NCBI GenBank assembly: GCA_902492205.1
Contig: CABUKU010000001.1
Span: 295,218 to 359,217, forward strand
Reading direction: 5' to 3'
DNA length: 64,000 nt
Source of the DNA: an uncultured Bacteroides sp.
GTDB lineage: Bacteria > Bacteroidota > Bacteroidia > Bacteroidales > Bacteroidaceae
The notes under the pieces are model-generated. The model was not told where the DNA came from and searched no databases. It saw only the letters and a list, made by a program, of their open reading frames with translations. Below are positions 50,317-60,467 of this stretch, piece after piece; within the stretch, counting starts at the first letter, position 1, and every line of letters begins with the position of its first letter. The translations under genes were made by a program, and so were the position numbers.

Positions 50317-52182
50317 TTATGCTACGTCTTCTTCTATTACCAGGTTGTCGATAATGAAGTTCTGGCGTTCCATTGTGTTTTTACCCATGTAGAACTCCAA
50401 CAGTTCGTTTACCAAGTCGTTTTTGCGAAGGGAAACTTGTTCCAGACGCATGTCTTTTCCAATGAAGTGTTTGAATTCGTCGGGTGAAATTTCTCCCAGA
50501 CCTTTGAATCGGGTGATTTCCGGGTTGGGACTTAGTTTATTGATAGCTGCCACACGTTCTTCTTCCGAATAGCAATAAATTGTTTCTTTCTTGTTGCGGA
50601 CACGGAACAATGGGGTTTGCAGTATGTAAACATGTCCTTTTTTTATAAGATCGGGGAAGAATTGCAGGAAGAAAGTGATAAGCAATAAACGTATGTGCAT
50701 ACCATCCACATCGGCATCGGTTGCTACGATTACTTTGTTATATCTCAGTCCTTCAATTCCTTCTTCTATGTTCAAGGCTGCTTGCAGCAGATTGAATTCC
50801 TCATTTTCGTAAACCACTTTTTTGGTCAATCCATAAGAGTTCAAAGGTTTACCGCGTAAACTGAATACGGCTTGGGTATTTACATCACGGCTCTTGGTTA
50901 TGGAACCACTTGCAGAGTCACCCTCGGTGATAAAGATGCAAGATTCTTCAAGACTTTCTCCTTTGGTGTCATTCAGGTGAACACGGCAATCGCGTAATTT
51001 ACGGTTATGAAGGTTGGCTTTCTTGGCACGTTCGCGGGCAAGTTTGGTAACACCGGCAATGGCTTTGCGCTCTTTCTCGGACTCCTGAATCTTCTGCAAC
51101 ATGATTTCGGACGTCTCGTGATTGATGTGCAAGTAGTTATCAAGCTCTTTTTTCACGAAATCACCGATAAACTTTGCAACAGACGGACCGTCAGGACCTA
51201 TGTCTTTAGAACCCAGTTTGGTTTTTGTCTGTGATTCGAATACCGGCTCTTCCACCTTGATGCTGATAGCGCCAATCATACCACTGCGTATATCTGCATA
51301 CTCAAAGTTCTTTGCGTAATATTCTTTTATGGTTTTCGACACGGCTTCACGGAATGCTGTGAGGTGTGTCCCTCCTTGAGTGGTATGCTGTCCGTTGACA
51401 AATGAATAATACTCTTCGCCGTATTGGTTGCTATGGGTTAGTACCAGTTCTATATCTTCTCCTTTCAGATGGATGATGGGATATAGAGGTTCGGTAGTCA
51501 TGTTCTCATTCAGCAAGTCCACCAATCCGTTACGTGAGTGGAAGCGCTTGCCGTTAAGCGTAATAGTTAGTCCCGAATTAAGAAAGACATAGTTCTTTAA
51601 AAGCGGTTCTATGTATTCGTTCAGATAATGATAGTCTTTGAATATACTGTTGTCGGGGATAAATTCGGTTAATGTACCGTTGCTTTCGGTAGTCGGTGAA
51701 ACAGGCAATTCGTTTGTTATGTTGCCTTGTGCAAACTCTACGGTTTTTACTTCGCCGTCACGAAAACTGGAAATACGGAAATAGGTGGAGAGTGCATTTA
51801 CGGCTTTGATACCTACACCGTTCAGTCCCACAGACTTTTTAAATGCTTTGGAATCATATTTACCACCGGTATTCATTTTGGAAGATACATCGACGACTTT
51901 GCCGAGGGGAATTCCTCGTCCATAGTCCCTGACCGTAACCTTTCCTTCGACAACGGTTACTTCGATGGTTTTTCCATATCCCATCATGTATTCGTCGATA
52001 GAGTTATCCATTGCTTCTTTGAGCAATACATAAATTCCATCGTCCGAATGGGAACCGTCTCCCAGTTTGCCGATATACATACCCGGACGACGGCGGATGT
52101 GCTCTTTCCAGTCGAGCGTTCTGATGTTTTCTTCGGTATATGTTACTTCTTGCGGTTTCATATCTTCTTCGAATCCTTCCAT
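50317..52182 (-). CDS. parE: DNA topoisomerase IV subunit B
   Basis: [54 protein letters not shown]; short Bacteroidetes ParE type. Confidence 0.9.
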   Translation of the reverse strand: MEGFEEDMKPQEVTYTEENIRTLDWKEHIRRRPGMYIGKLGDGSHSDDGIYVLLKEAMDNSIDEYMMGYGKTIEVTVVEGKVTVRDYGRGIPLGKVVDVSSKMNTGGKYDSKAFKKSVGLNGVGIKAVNALSTYFRISSFRDGEVKTVEFAQGNITNELPVSPTTESNGTLTEFIPDNSIFKDYHYLNEYIEPLLKNYVFLNSGLTITLNGKRFHSRNGLVDLLNENMTTEPLYPIIHLKGEDIELVLTHSNQYGEEYYSFVNGQHTTQGGTHLTAFREAVSKTIKEYYAKNFEYADIRSGMIGAISIKVEEPVFESQTKTKLGSKDIGPDGPSVAKFIGDFVKKELDNYLHINHETSEIMLQKIQESEKERKAIAGVTKLARERAKKANLHNRKLRDCRVHLNDTKGESLEESCIFITEGDSASGSITKSRDVNTQAVFSLRGKPLNSYGLTKKVVYENEEFNLLQAALNIEEGIEGLRYNKVIVATDADVDGMHIRLLLITFFLQFFPDLIKKGHVYILQTPLFRVRNKKETIYCYSEEERVAAINKLSPNPEITRFKGLGEISPDEFKHFIGKDMRLEQVSLRKNDLVNELLEFYMGKNTMERQNFIIDNLVIEEDVA

Positions 52183-52295
52183 AGATATATAATTGTATTA
52201 GAACTCACAAAGATAGTTTTTTTCATAAAAAGAAAGCACAGACTAACGATTTTTAATTTTCGTCGGTCTGTGCTCTGCTATGCTGTGAAAATAGC

Positions 52296-53429
52296 TTAAT
52301 CTATCTTCTTGGTAAAAGCGCGGCGGCGTTTGTGTTGTTCGGTTTTGAAGTACTCCCATTGAGCTTGTACTTTGCCGTTCAACTCTAATTCCGGGTTACT
52401 TTCTGCATATTCAAACCCCATTTTCTGGTAAACAGGGATAAGGTCTGAGAATAGCAGGGCATTAACACCTTTGTTCTGGTACTCCGGTTTCACGGCAACA
52501 AGTAAGAGGTCGAGTACTTTGGAATGCTTTAAGAACAAGGCTTTCAATAAATGGAACCAACCGAATGGCAGTAAGCGTCCGTGTGCTTTCTGTAAAGCTT
52601 TGGATAATGACGGCATGGAAATACCTACTGCAATCAAGTTTTCTTCCTGGTCAGTAATCAGGGTGACCATTTTTAGATCGACAATCGGGAGATACATTTT
52701 TACATATTGGTCGATTTGCCTTTGTGAAAGTGAAGCAAATCCGTAAAGCGGGGCATATGCTTCGTTCATCAGTTCAAAAATAGCTTGTCCGTAGTCTTTG
52801 GCTATCTTTTTGGCTGATGTATATTTCTTTATTTTCAGGTTATATTTTCTTTGAATCAGGTCGGATATGCGCTTGTGCTTGTCGGGAATGGCATCCGGGA
52901 TGTATATTTTATATTCTACCCAGTCGGCATCTTTCTCAAATCCTAATTTCTCCATGTGTACCGGATAATAAGGATAGTTGTAGATAGTTGCCATGGTGCT
53001 GAGTTGGTCGAAACCTTCTACCAGCATACCTTCCGCATCGAAATCGGTGAAACCCAAAGGACCTTGAATGTCTTCCATTCCTTTTTTCTTGCCCCATTCT
53101 TCAACTGTTTTGATGAGGGCGGAAGATACTTCCAAATCATCAATGAAGTCGATCCAGCCGAAACGCACCTCTTTTTTATTCCAGGTTTGGTTAGCCCTAT
53201 GGTTAATGATACCTGCAACTCTTCCAACGAGTTTGCCATCTTTGTATGCAAGGAAATACTCGGCTTCACAGAACTCGAATGCTGCGTTTTTCCTCTTGTT
53301 GAATGTGTTGAGCATATCGTCGTAGAGGTCGGGGACAGAATATGCGTTGTTTTTATAGAGCTTATAGTTGAATCGGATAAATTGATGCAGTTCTTTCTTG
53401 GTAGATACTTGTTTTATTGTTATTCCCAT
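52296..53429 (-). CDS. Conserved GNAT-like hypothetical protein (YghO-like)
   Basis: VGRVAGIIN, RFGWIDF, GMLVEGF, YNYPYY, VKPEYQNKG; likely start MGITIK at 53429. Confidence 0.7.
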   Translation of the reverse strand: MGITIKQVSTKKELHQFIRFNYKLYKNNAYSVPDLYDDMLNTFNKRKNAAFEFCEAEYFLAYKDGKLVGRVAGIINHRANQTWNKKEVRFGWIDFIDDLEVSSALIKTVEEWGKKKGMEDIQGPLGFTDFDAEGMLVEGFDQLSTMATIYNYPYYPVHMEKLGFEKDADWVEYKIYIPDAIPDKHKRISDLIQRKYNLKIKKYTSAKKIAKDYGQAIFELMNEAYAPLYGFASLSQRQIDQYVKMYLPIVDLKMVTLITDQEENLIAVGISMPSLSKALQKAHGRLLPFGWFHLLKALFLKHSKVLDLLLVAVKPEYQNKGVNALLFSDLIPVYQKMGFEYAESNPELELNGKVQAQWEYFKTEQHKRRRAFTKKID

Positions 53430-53485
53430 ATCGTTGTATATGTATTCTGTTTGGTGGGCAAAGATATAGCTTTTTTGATAAATAA

Positions 53486-54436
53486 TTATTGCACAATCAG
53501 ATAAATTGTATAAGCCACGTAGCAAGCAGCCATGATACCGCCTTCCAAACGGGTGATTGTTCGCTTCTTAATCAGCAGTCCGACGAAGTAAAGCAGAATG
53601 CTTGATGCTATGAGAACCAGAAAGTCGAAATTGGTGATTCCGCCAAGTTTCATGGGGTGAATGCTTGCGCTGCATCCCAACACAAAGAAGATGTTGAACA
53701 GGTTGGAACCGATGGCGTTTCCGATAGCCATTTCAGGGTTTTTCTTTAATGCTGCCGCAATGGAAGTCGCCAGTTCGGGCAATGAAGTACCTCCGGCAAC
53801 GAGAGTTAAACCGATAACAGACTCACTTACTCCCAAACTGCGTGCAATACCCGATGCGCCGTCTACAAAGAACTGTCCTCCAGCTATTAAGGCGACCAGC
53901 CCCAGAACAATGAACAAAGAGGCTTTCCACGTAGGTATCATTTTAATTTCCTGTTCCGTTTGTCCCTCATTGTTACGGGCTATGGCAAAAGTGTAGCCCA
54001 AGAAGATAAGAAAGAAACAGAGCAGAATCAATCCGTCACTGCGGCTGATGATGTTAACGGCATTGTCATCGAGCCATACGTCATTGCCGCAAATGAATAA
54101 AACGACCGAAGCAAGTATGCAGAGGGGAATTTCTTTGCTTAATGTGCCTTTGGTGATGGTAATGGGAACCACCAATGCCGTGCAGCCCACAATCATTAAT
54201 GTGTTGAAGATGTTGCTACCCACCACATTACCGATTGCTATATCCGGACTTCCTTTCAAGGCGGAGATGACACTCACGGTGAGTTCGGGTGCCGAAGTGC
54301 CGAAAGCTACGATGGTAAGCCCGATTACCAGACTCGATATGTTGAACTTTCTGGCAACGGACGCAGCGCCGTCTGTCAATGCATTTGCACCAAAGAGGAT
54401 AAGGACTAAACCTCCTACTAATAAGATTACATTCAT
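53486..54436 (-). CDS. Calcium/sodium antiporter (YrbG family)
   Basis: GTSAPE...GNVVGSNIFN and GTSLPE...GNAIGSNLFN alpha repeats. Confidence 0.93.
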   Translation of the reverse strand: MNVILLVGGLVLILFGANALTDGAASVARKFNISSLVIGLTIVAFGTSAPELTVSVISALKGSPDIAIGNVVGSNIFNTLMIVGCTALVVPITITKGTLSKEIPLCILASVVLFICGNDVWLDDNAVNIISRSDGLILLCFFLIFLGYTFAIARNNEGQTEQEIKMIPTWKASLFIVLGLVALIAGGQFFVDGASGIARSLGVSESVIGLTLVAGGTSLPELATSIAAALKKNPEMAIGNAIGSNLFNIFFVLGCSASIHPMKLGGITNFDFLVLIASSILLYFVGLLIKKRTITRLEGGIMAACYVAYTIYLIVQ

Positions 54437-54573
54437 TATGATCTTTTAAAAATGGATTTAGGATACAAACCTACAAAAATAATCGATACTAATTGGTTAA
54501 TTCAAATAATAAGGTTTACATTTGAACTATTTATTAAAAGAAGAAGTTATAGACTGTAAAGATAAAGAATGAT

Positions 54574-56406
54574 ATGAAAAAGGCAGGAATCCTTTTTGTC
54601 TTGTTGCTCCTTTGTAATGCATTTGGCACTGTGAATGCACAACTGAAAGATGTGGTGAAAGACTTTCTTTCGCAAGTGGAGGATACCATTAATGCACAAA
54701 ACACTACTGTTCCGGGAGTTATTGATTCTACCCGTTTGAAAGAAATGGAAAAGCAGCTTCAGGAAGCAAGGTTGAATGAAGTGAATCTGCGCATGGAAGT
54801 GGAACAGTTGAAACTGCAATCCATTGCTTCGGACTCTTTGAAGCTGGAGCGGATGAGATCGAAAATAGACTCTATCCGTACAATCACGGTAGGTGTTCCT
54901 GTTGTGGTTGAGGGAGATACGCTTTTCACTCTTTATGCCAAACGGGGAGGATTATCGGCCCACGACCGTGCCGAGGCTTTTGCCCAGAATATCATTCGTT
55001 TGGGTAAGTTGAGGAACTTGCAACCCGACTCTGTTTATTTGGAACATACCGAGAATGTAACCGATATAATGTATAAAGACAAGGTGATAGCCTCGTTTAC
55101 CGATCTCGATGGATTGTGGCAGAATACTACCCGTGACGATCTTGCAACCAAATATAAAACAGCCATTGTCAATGAATTGGTTAAGCTTAAAGAGCAGCAC
55201 AGCCTTTTCCAGTTGATAAAGAGGATAGCCTATTTTGTGCTTATCATCATTCTGCAATATGCGCTTTACTGGTTTACCACTTTCCTTTACAAGAAACTGA
55301 AAAAGAAGATTGTTGCGCTGAAAGATACTCGCCTGAAACCGATAACATTCCACGGTTATGATTTGCTGGACACGGCGAAGCAGGTGAAGATATTAACTTT
55401 CTTCGCCAATATTCTGCGCTACATCGTCATACTGTTGCAGCTATTGGTTACCGTACCGATGCTTTTTGCTCTTTTTCCACAGACAGAAGGCATTGCCATT
55501 AAAATATTCTCTTATCTGTGGATTCCTGTTCGCTCCATTTTAAAAGGTATAATAGATTATATCCCCGACCTGTTTACCATTATCGTTATATGCCTTGTTG
55601 TGAAGTATGTGATAAGGTTTATAAAATACATGGCAAATGAAGTGGATGCCGGACGGTTAAAGATAAACGGCTTTTATCCCGATTGGGCAAAGCCTACTTA
55701 TCATATTGTCCGTTTCTTACTTTATGCCTTTATGATTGCAATGATATATCCTTATCTGCCGGGAGCGGATTCAGGTATTTTCCAAGGTGTATCAGTCTTT
55801 GTAGGTTTGATTGTTTCTTTGGGTTCGAGCACCGTTATCGGGAATATTATTGCCGGAATGGTTATCACTTATATGCGCCCGTTCCGTTTGGGCGACCGCA
55901 TCAAGCTGAATGACACGATAGGCAATGTAATAGAAAAGACCGTTCTTGTTACCCGTATTAAGACTCCGAAGAATGAGTTAGTTACTATACCCAATTCATT
56001 TATCATGTCGTCGCATACTACCAATTACAGTTCGTCTGCCCGTGATTTGGGATTGATTATCCATGCCGAAGTCACTATCGGGTATGATACCCCGTGGCGC
56101 AAAGTGCACCAGTTGTTGATAGACTCCGCAAAGATAACGGAAGGAGTTAGCCAAGAGCCGGAACCATTTGTTTTGGAAACCTCCTTAAGTGACTTCTATC
56201 CTGTTTATCAGATTAATGCTTATATCCGGGATGCCGATAAGCTGGCACAGATTTATTCCGATTTGTATCAGAATATACAAGATAAGTTTGCTGCTGCCGA
56301 TGTGGAAATCATGTCTCCGCACTACACGGCGGTGAGAAACGGCAATGCTTCGACCATTCCAAAGGAAGAACAACCGGTGCAGAAGCCTACGGCTTCAAAC
56401 ACTTAA
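54574..56406 (+). CDS. Mechanosensitive channel, MscS family, with periplasmic N-terminal domain
   Basis: NIIAG...RPFRLGDRI, VTIPNS, IGYDTPW, EIMSPHY. Confidence 0.9.
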   Translation: MKKAGILFVLLLLCNAFGTVNAQLKDVVKDFLSQVEDTINAQNTTVPGVIDSTRLKEMEKQLQEARLNEVNLRMEVEQLKLQSIASDSLKLERMRSKIDSIRTITVGVPVVVEGDTLFTLYAKRGGLSAHDRAEAFAQNIIRLGKLRNLQPDSVYLEHTENVTDIMYKDKVIASFTDLDGLWQNTTRDDLATKYKTAIVNELVKLKEQHSLFQLIKRIAYFVLIIILQYALYWFTTFLYKKLKKKIVALKDTRLKPITFHGYDLLDTAKQVKILTFFANILRYIVILLQLLVTVPMLFALFPQTEGIAIKIFSYLWIPVRSILKGIIDYIPDLFTIIVICLVVKYVIRFIKYMANEVDAGRLKINGFYPDWAKPTYHIVRFLLYAFMIAMIYPYLPGADSGIFQGVSVFVGLIVSLGSSTVIGNIIAGMVITYMRPFRLGDRIKLNDTIGNVIEKTVLVTRIKTPKNELVTIPNSFIMSSHTTNYSSSARDLGLIIHAEVTIGYDTPWRKVHQLLIDSAKITEGVSQEPEPFVLETSLSDFYPVYQINAYIRDADKLAQIYSDLYQNIQDKFAAADVEIMSPHYTAVRNGNASTIPKEEQPVQKPTASNT

Positions 56407-57568
56407 TCAATACTTTCCTTTCATCGGAGAGCGTGGTGGCGAAGATATAAATGTCTCCGCCATCTTTTAGTTTAAGCCGTTTCCTCAGCTCGGCTACCGC
56501 TAGGGGGAAGTTGCGTACTGTGATGTTTGCTTTCTCCGTTCCGTTCAAATGCTCTTTCACTTCTTTCTTGTTCAGAGTGAAAGTACTTTCCGTTTTGAAT
56601 ACTCTTCCGGGAAAGTGGGGAATGTAGGTATCGGAAGTGTATAAGTGGCTGTTCGGATGAAGCTTGTCGAGTTCATATGCCTTTGCTATGCTTTTATAAG
56701 CTCCTGCTTTTAGTATGGATGCATTCGGTTCATATAAGTACTTGCCCGTTTGCTTGGCATAAGTGCAATTTACGTTTTGTTCTTCTTTCCGGGTGAACGA
56801 GAACTTTTGCATGCTGCCGTCCCTGCTTATGTTAATACAGTGTATGGGTACTTCTTTCTGTTCCACCTTATTTAATATAAGGAGTAATTCTTTGCATTCG
56901 TTGGAGGCGGAGATGATATGGACTTCGCCGGTACGTGGCAAGTCGTGAAGTGCCAGTGACAAATCCAGCATGGGAGAGAGTTTAATCATTGTTGTCTTTG
57001 CCTTGTTCAGCAAGAGAGGAGATAACTCTACGGCATCCGGTTCGCAATCGGAAATGGCAACCGTCTTGCCGCCATGCTCGTTTCTGCGTGCAGGATCGAG
57101 AAAGATGCAATCTGCCTCTTTCATTTGCTTCAGATATTCCACTCCGTCGATGTTCACCACTTGGATGTGGTTCAAACCTAAAAGGGGGAAGTTATGTTTG
57201 GCTATGTCGCACAGTTCGGTTTGCCTTTCCACATAAACGGCTTTTGTAAAGTTGCGGGAGATGAAAGCGCAGTCTATGCCGAAACCTCCGGTGAGGTCTG
57301 CAAACGTGTCGCCTTTTAATAAAGATGCTTTGTAGTTTGCCGTTGCTTCCGATGAGCATTGTTCCATGGAAAGATGTTTCGGGTAAAGCAAATCATCCGT
57401 CATGCTCCATGAGGGTATCTTATCTGCTGCTGCCTGCCGTCCTGCAATTTGTGTAATGGCAACGGGCATGTCTACGTCGGGATATTTACGGGCTTGCAGG
57501 GCAAGACCTTTCACATCATCGTGCAGATGCTCTTTGATAAATTCACGGGTTGCGGTGGATAACATCAT
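56387..57568 (-). CDS. Class I SAM-dependent methyltransferase with THUMP-like C-terminus
   Basis: SMEQCSS, DLTGGFGID, FLDPARR, IKLSPMLD, LYEPNASILKAG. Confidence 0.85.
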   Translation of the reverse strand: MMLSTATREFIKEHLHDDVKGLALQARKYPDVDMPVAITQIAGRQAAADKIPSWSMTDDLLYPKHLSMEQCSSEATANYKASLLKGDTFADLTGGFGIDCAFISRNFTKAVYVERQTELCDIAKHNFPLLGLNHIQVVNIDGVEYLKQMKEADCIFLDPARRNEHGGKTVAISDCEPDAVELSPLLLNKAKTTMIKLSPMLDLSLALHDLPRTGEVHIISASNECKELLLILNKVEQKEVPIHCINISRDGSMQKFSFTRKEEQNVNCTYAKQTGKYLYEPNASILKAGAYKSIAKAYELDKLHPNSHLYTSDTYIPHFPGRVFKTESTFTLNKKEVKEHLNGTEKANITVRNFPLAVAELRKRLKLKDGGDIYIFATTLSDERKVLIKCLKP

Positions 57569-57604
57569 GGCTTATATGCTTTCTTTACTGCAAAAGTAGA
57601 AATA

Positions 57605-57645
57605 AAAAAGGAGATTCCTCACTTTGCTGCTTGGAATCTCCTTTT
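57605..57645 (-). terminator. Intrinsic terminator after the lipoprotein gene
   Basis: AAAAGGAGATTCC...GGAATCTCCTTTT. Confidence 0.7.
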
Positions 57646-57669
57646 AAGAACGGTTTAGGTATGAAACAT

Positions 57670-58293
57670 TTATTTCTTCTTTAGGTCGAATATGAAGTTC
57701 ATTGCTTCAAAGCCCGGATAAGCTTTGTCACCTACTTCCACATTCTCCACTGTAAGAGGGAATTTTAATAAGTTGCTTTCGTAAGCGTAGTTACCTTTAT
57801 CCGGAGTAGAGATAGTCACTTTTATTTTCAGTGCTTCTTCTCCTTCTCCGATAGTCAGTTCGAGAGGTTTCGGATCGAAGGTGAGGTAAATGCTGTCTTG
57901 CTTGGCAGACATATTTGCCTTGTAGCCTATCTTGTAATTAATATCGCCAACCTTTTTGATAATATCCGGAGCCGCGTCTTCACCTACAATTGCAGTGATG
58001 ATACCATCCACCGGGAATTTCTCGAAACGAACGCTATCTGTTTTAACTATGGCATCTACATCCGTGCCCTGAGGTTCTTCTGTCTCACCTTCTGCCTTCG
58101 GGGCGGGTTCAACAAAATACATTTTACCTGCATAAGTACCTTCTACATCGGTAACGGAGATTGTGGGAACTTTTGAATCATCGTCGTTATCACAAGAAGA
58201 AACGGTAATCATTAATCCTAAAGCAATTACCGAAAACAAAAGTTTGCCAAAGCCAAATGCCATTTTCATTTTACTAAATTCTTTCATTTTCAT
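57670..58293 (-). CDS. DUF4840-like lipoprotein
   Basis: VSSC-DNDDD lipobox with acidic export signal; YAGKM, FPVDGII, FDPKPL; exact start Met uncertain. Confidence 0.65.
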   Translation of the reverse strand: MKMKEFSKMKMAFGFGKLLFSVIALGLMITVSSCDNDDDSKVPTISVTDVEGTYAGKMYFVEPAPKAEGETEEPQGTDVDAIVKTDSVRFEKFPVDGIITAIVGEDAAPDIIKKVGDINYKIGYKANMSAKQDSIYLTFDPKPLELTIGEGEEALKIKVTISTPDKGNYAYESNLLKFPLTVENVEVGDKAYPGFEAMNFIFDLKKK

Positions 58294-58547
58294 TAAATAA
58301 ATTAGATTTTACTTTCTGCAAGGACTCTCCCTGCAAGTTCAATAATTAAGGTGTACGTACAAAGAGTAAATGAGCGGAGTTCAAGAATACTGCACAAAAA
58401 CGTTGGGATATATTAATTTTGTTATTCGCTAACATAATTTAAACCGACTGATATGTAAAACAAAGCTCTGCATAAAGATTGTCGTTGGAGCCGTTAATTT
58501 TAATAGGCTTACGGTATATATTTTCTGATTTCCCCAGAAGAATTTAG

Positions 58548-58635
58548 CGTCCCACAGTTGTGGTACGATCATCCCACAATCATGAGACGATCGTCCCACA
58601 TATATGAGACGACCGTCTCACAATTGTGGGACACT
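58548..58635. repeat. Tandem array of four 22-bp quasi-palindromic units (array 3)
   Basis: CGTCCCACAGTTGTGGTACGAT / CATCCCACAATCATGAGACGAT / CGTCCCACATATATGAGACGAC / CGTCTCACAATTGTGGGACACT. Confidence 0.88.
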
Positions 58636-58862
58636 AAATATATCCTTACTAAGTGGAAAATATTCCTATATCTTTTAGTAAATAATGTGCTTATTATTTA
58701 AAATATTTCCATGTCTTTGCAATAGTTCTCCCGCCTATCTCAGCGTAGTGCAGTGGGAGGATTGTTGCGGAAGCATTACGATATTATTCCTGCACTAGCA
58801 ACGTTCCTTTTGCTCTCCCCAATGAAATAAAAGGGATGAAAGCTTAAGAAAAGGCGGAAATA

Positions 58863-59090
58863 ATGAAAGAGTCGAGAGTCTTGGATTCCTATCTTGCTGT
58901 TCTCGAATCGTTTGCTATCCTTTTCAAAAAAGATTATATTGAGAGAAAAATGATTATCACTTCTTCCATAAGTCGGACACTTAGTGATATATATTATCAT
59001 CTCCAGTTGGATGATTACATAACCTGTTCCAATACAGTTTATCCCAATCTTGCTTCGCTTTGCAGGGAATTGTGGAAAGGTAATCTATAA
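58863..59090 (+). CDS. Small hypothetical protein (75 aa)
   Basis: ATG ORF with a structured upstream region and a downstream hairpin at about 59143-59175; no recognised motif. Confidence 0.4.
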   Translation: MKESRVLDSYLAVLESFAILFKKDYIERKMIITSSISRTLSDIYYHLQLDDYITCSNTVYPNLASLCRELWKGNL

Positions 59091-59205
59091 AGAGAGATGA
59101 ATATCGGGGGTGAGATAAGAAAAGAGTCTCTTTGAAATAAAAAACGGATTTTCCTAAGTTAATTGGAAAATCCGTAATAATAATTAGAGTAGTATGTTTA
59201 CTAAT

Positions 59206-60063
59206 TTACTCGTTTACATTACGTTTCACTTTATCAAGCGTTTTATTCTCGTAGTTCTTCCATTTATTCCATCCATTTGCCGAGCGTCCTAAAACTACTC
59301 CGGCGGCAGTGCTTGGAGATGAGAAAACATAATCGTGAGTAAATTTATATGTTTCCCCTGTTTGGATAAGTATGCCTTCTTCCAAGAGTCTTTCTCTCAT
59401 ATCTATTAGGAAATTATGACATGATGGTGCTGTGTTTATTTTTGCTTCGGAGTTCTTGAAAACAACGAAACCTTCATCTGTTAAATTTCCTTCTGCGAAA
59501 ACTCCGTTACCTTTAAGTTTAAAAATGTCCGAAACTGTGGTTGAAACTGTTTCTCTAGAGATAGATTCAAAAAGAGGGAATCCTAAAGTTGAAAGAAGAA
59601 CTTTTGCTGTATCGAAACAATCAAGCATATCTGCCTCCATACTTTCGGTTACATAAGGTCTGTTGGAAGCAGAACTGTTGTCAAGTACATAACGATTTAT
59701 TTCTTTGGCTTTAGTAATTGCTGTATGTTCTAGGAATTTCACATGTGTTTTGGTGAATGCATGAGTTTTAGATATAATAACTGCTGCATAATTCCAAAAG
59801 TCTTTTTTTCTTTGATGTTCTGATAAACGAACTTTGCAGTCTTCAGCTTCTCCGATATACACCATTGGTTTTCCACCTTCGGTTTCTCCAAAAAGGAAGT
59901 AAAATCCCACATTTTCTAATTCGTTACGTTGTAGAATATAATCAAATTGGTTTCTGGGGAAAAGTATAGCTTTTACTGTACGGTTGGTAATTTCTGCTAT
60001 TCTTACACCTCTCGGATTACCATCTGGTAAGAATATTTGTATGGTTTGTGGTTGTACTGGCAT
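59206..60063 (-). CDS. GIY-YIG nuclease with C-terminal DUF4357 domain
   Basis: GFYFL...VYIGEAE..RL..H...DFW; YVFSSPSTAAGVVLGRSANGW. Confidence 0.88.
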   Translation of the reverse strand: MPVQPQTIQIFLPDGNPRGVRIAEITNRTVKAILFPRNQFDYILQRNELENVGFYFLFGETEGGKPMVYIGEAEDCKVRLSEHQRKKDFWNYAAVIISKTHAFTKTHVKFLEHTAITKAKEINRYVLDNSSASNRPYVTESMEADMLDCFDTAKVLLSTLGFPLFESISRETVSTTVSDIFKLKGNGVFAEGNLTDEGFVVFKNSEAKINTAPSCHNFLIDMRERLLEEGILIQTGETYKFTHDYVFSSPSTAAGVVLGRSANGWNKWKNYENKTLDKVKRNVNE

Positions 60064-60228
60064 ATTATTAGATTTAATATTATTAATAATTATTTTTTGA
60101 TTCTAATATGTCTTACAAAGATAGGAAAAACAAACTTATGACAGTGAAACAATTTAATGAAGATTTATTTTTCTTTCTTTCTTATGGTTAGGTAATGGCT
60201 TTTCTATTATTGGTCTAGTTATAAATTA

Positions 60229-60263
60229 AAAAAGCTTATTCTTAAAATAGAATAAGCTTTTTT
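60229..60263 (-). terminator. Terminator downstream of the tRNA 3' end
   Basis: AAAAAGCTTATTCT-taaaat-AGAATAAGCTTTTT perfect stem. Confidence 0.75.
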
Positions 60264-60266
60264 ATT

Positions 60267-60311
60267 GTGGACCAGCCTGGGCTTGAACCAGGGACCTCCA
60301 GATTATGAGTC
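60267..60311 (-). tRNA. 3' half of a tRNA with CAT anticodon (probably Ile2, possibly Met); att-site duplication, not a complete gene
   Basis: Reverse complement GACTCATAATCTGGAGGTCCCTGGTTCAAGCCCAGGCTGGTCCAC shows anticodon loop, T-arm CCTGG-TTCAAGC-CCAGG and acceptor 3' strand; no D-arm or 5' acceptor upstream. Confidence 0.85.
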
Positions 60312-60467
60312 GCAAATAATTGGCTATCAATACTTTCTATTTGTTTTCTTGTTTTTTCTTAAGGCTTGGAAACCAAGCCCTAAGATAGTATTTTTTTTTC
60401 AAGTAATATCTCCTCTTTTCCTCTATTTTCCTGAGATGCGTGCAAATTGTGTGCAATTAGATTTATA

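Noticed and set aside
58548..58635. 22-bp arrays (also 18952-19039 and 45102-45189) as CRISPR arrays
   Set aside because: Units abut with no unique spacers, are degenerate, and there are no cas genes in the window.
60267..60340. Complete tRNA gene
   Set aside because: The sequence 5' of the anticodon loop has no D-arm or acceptor-stem match; only the 3' half is present.
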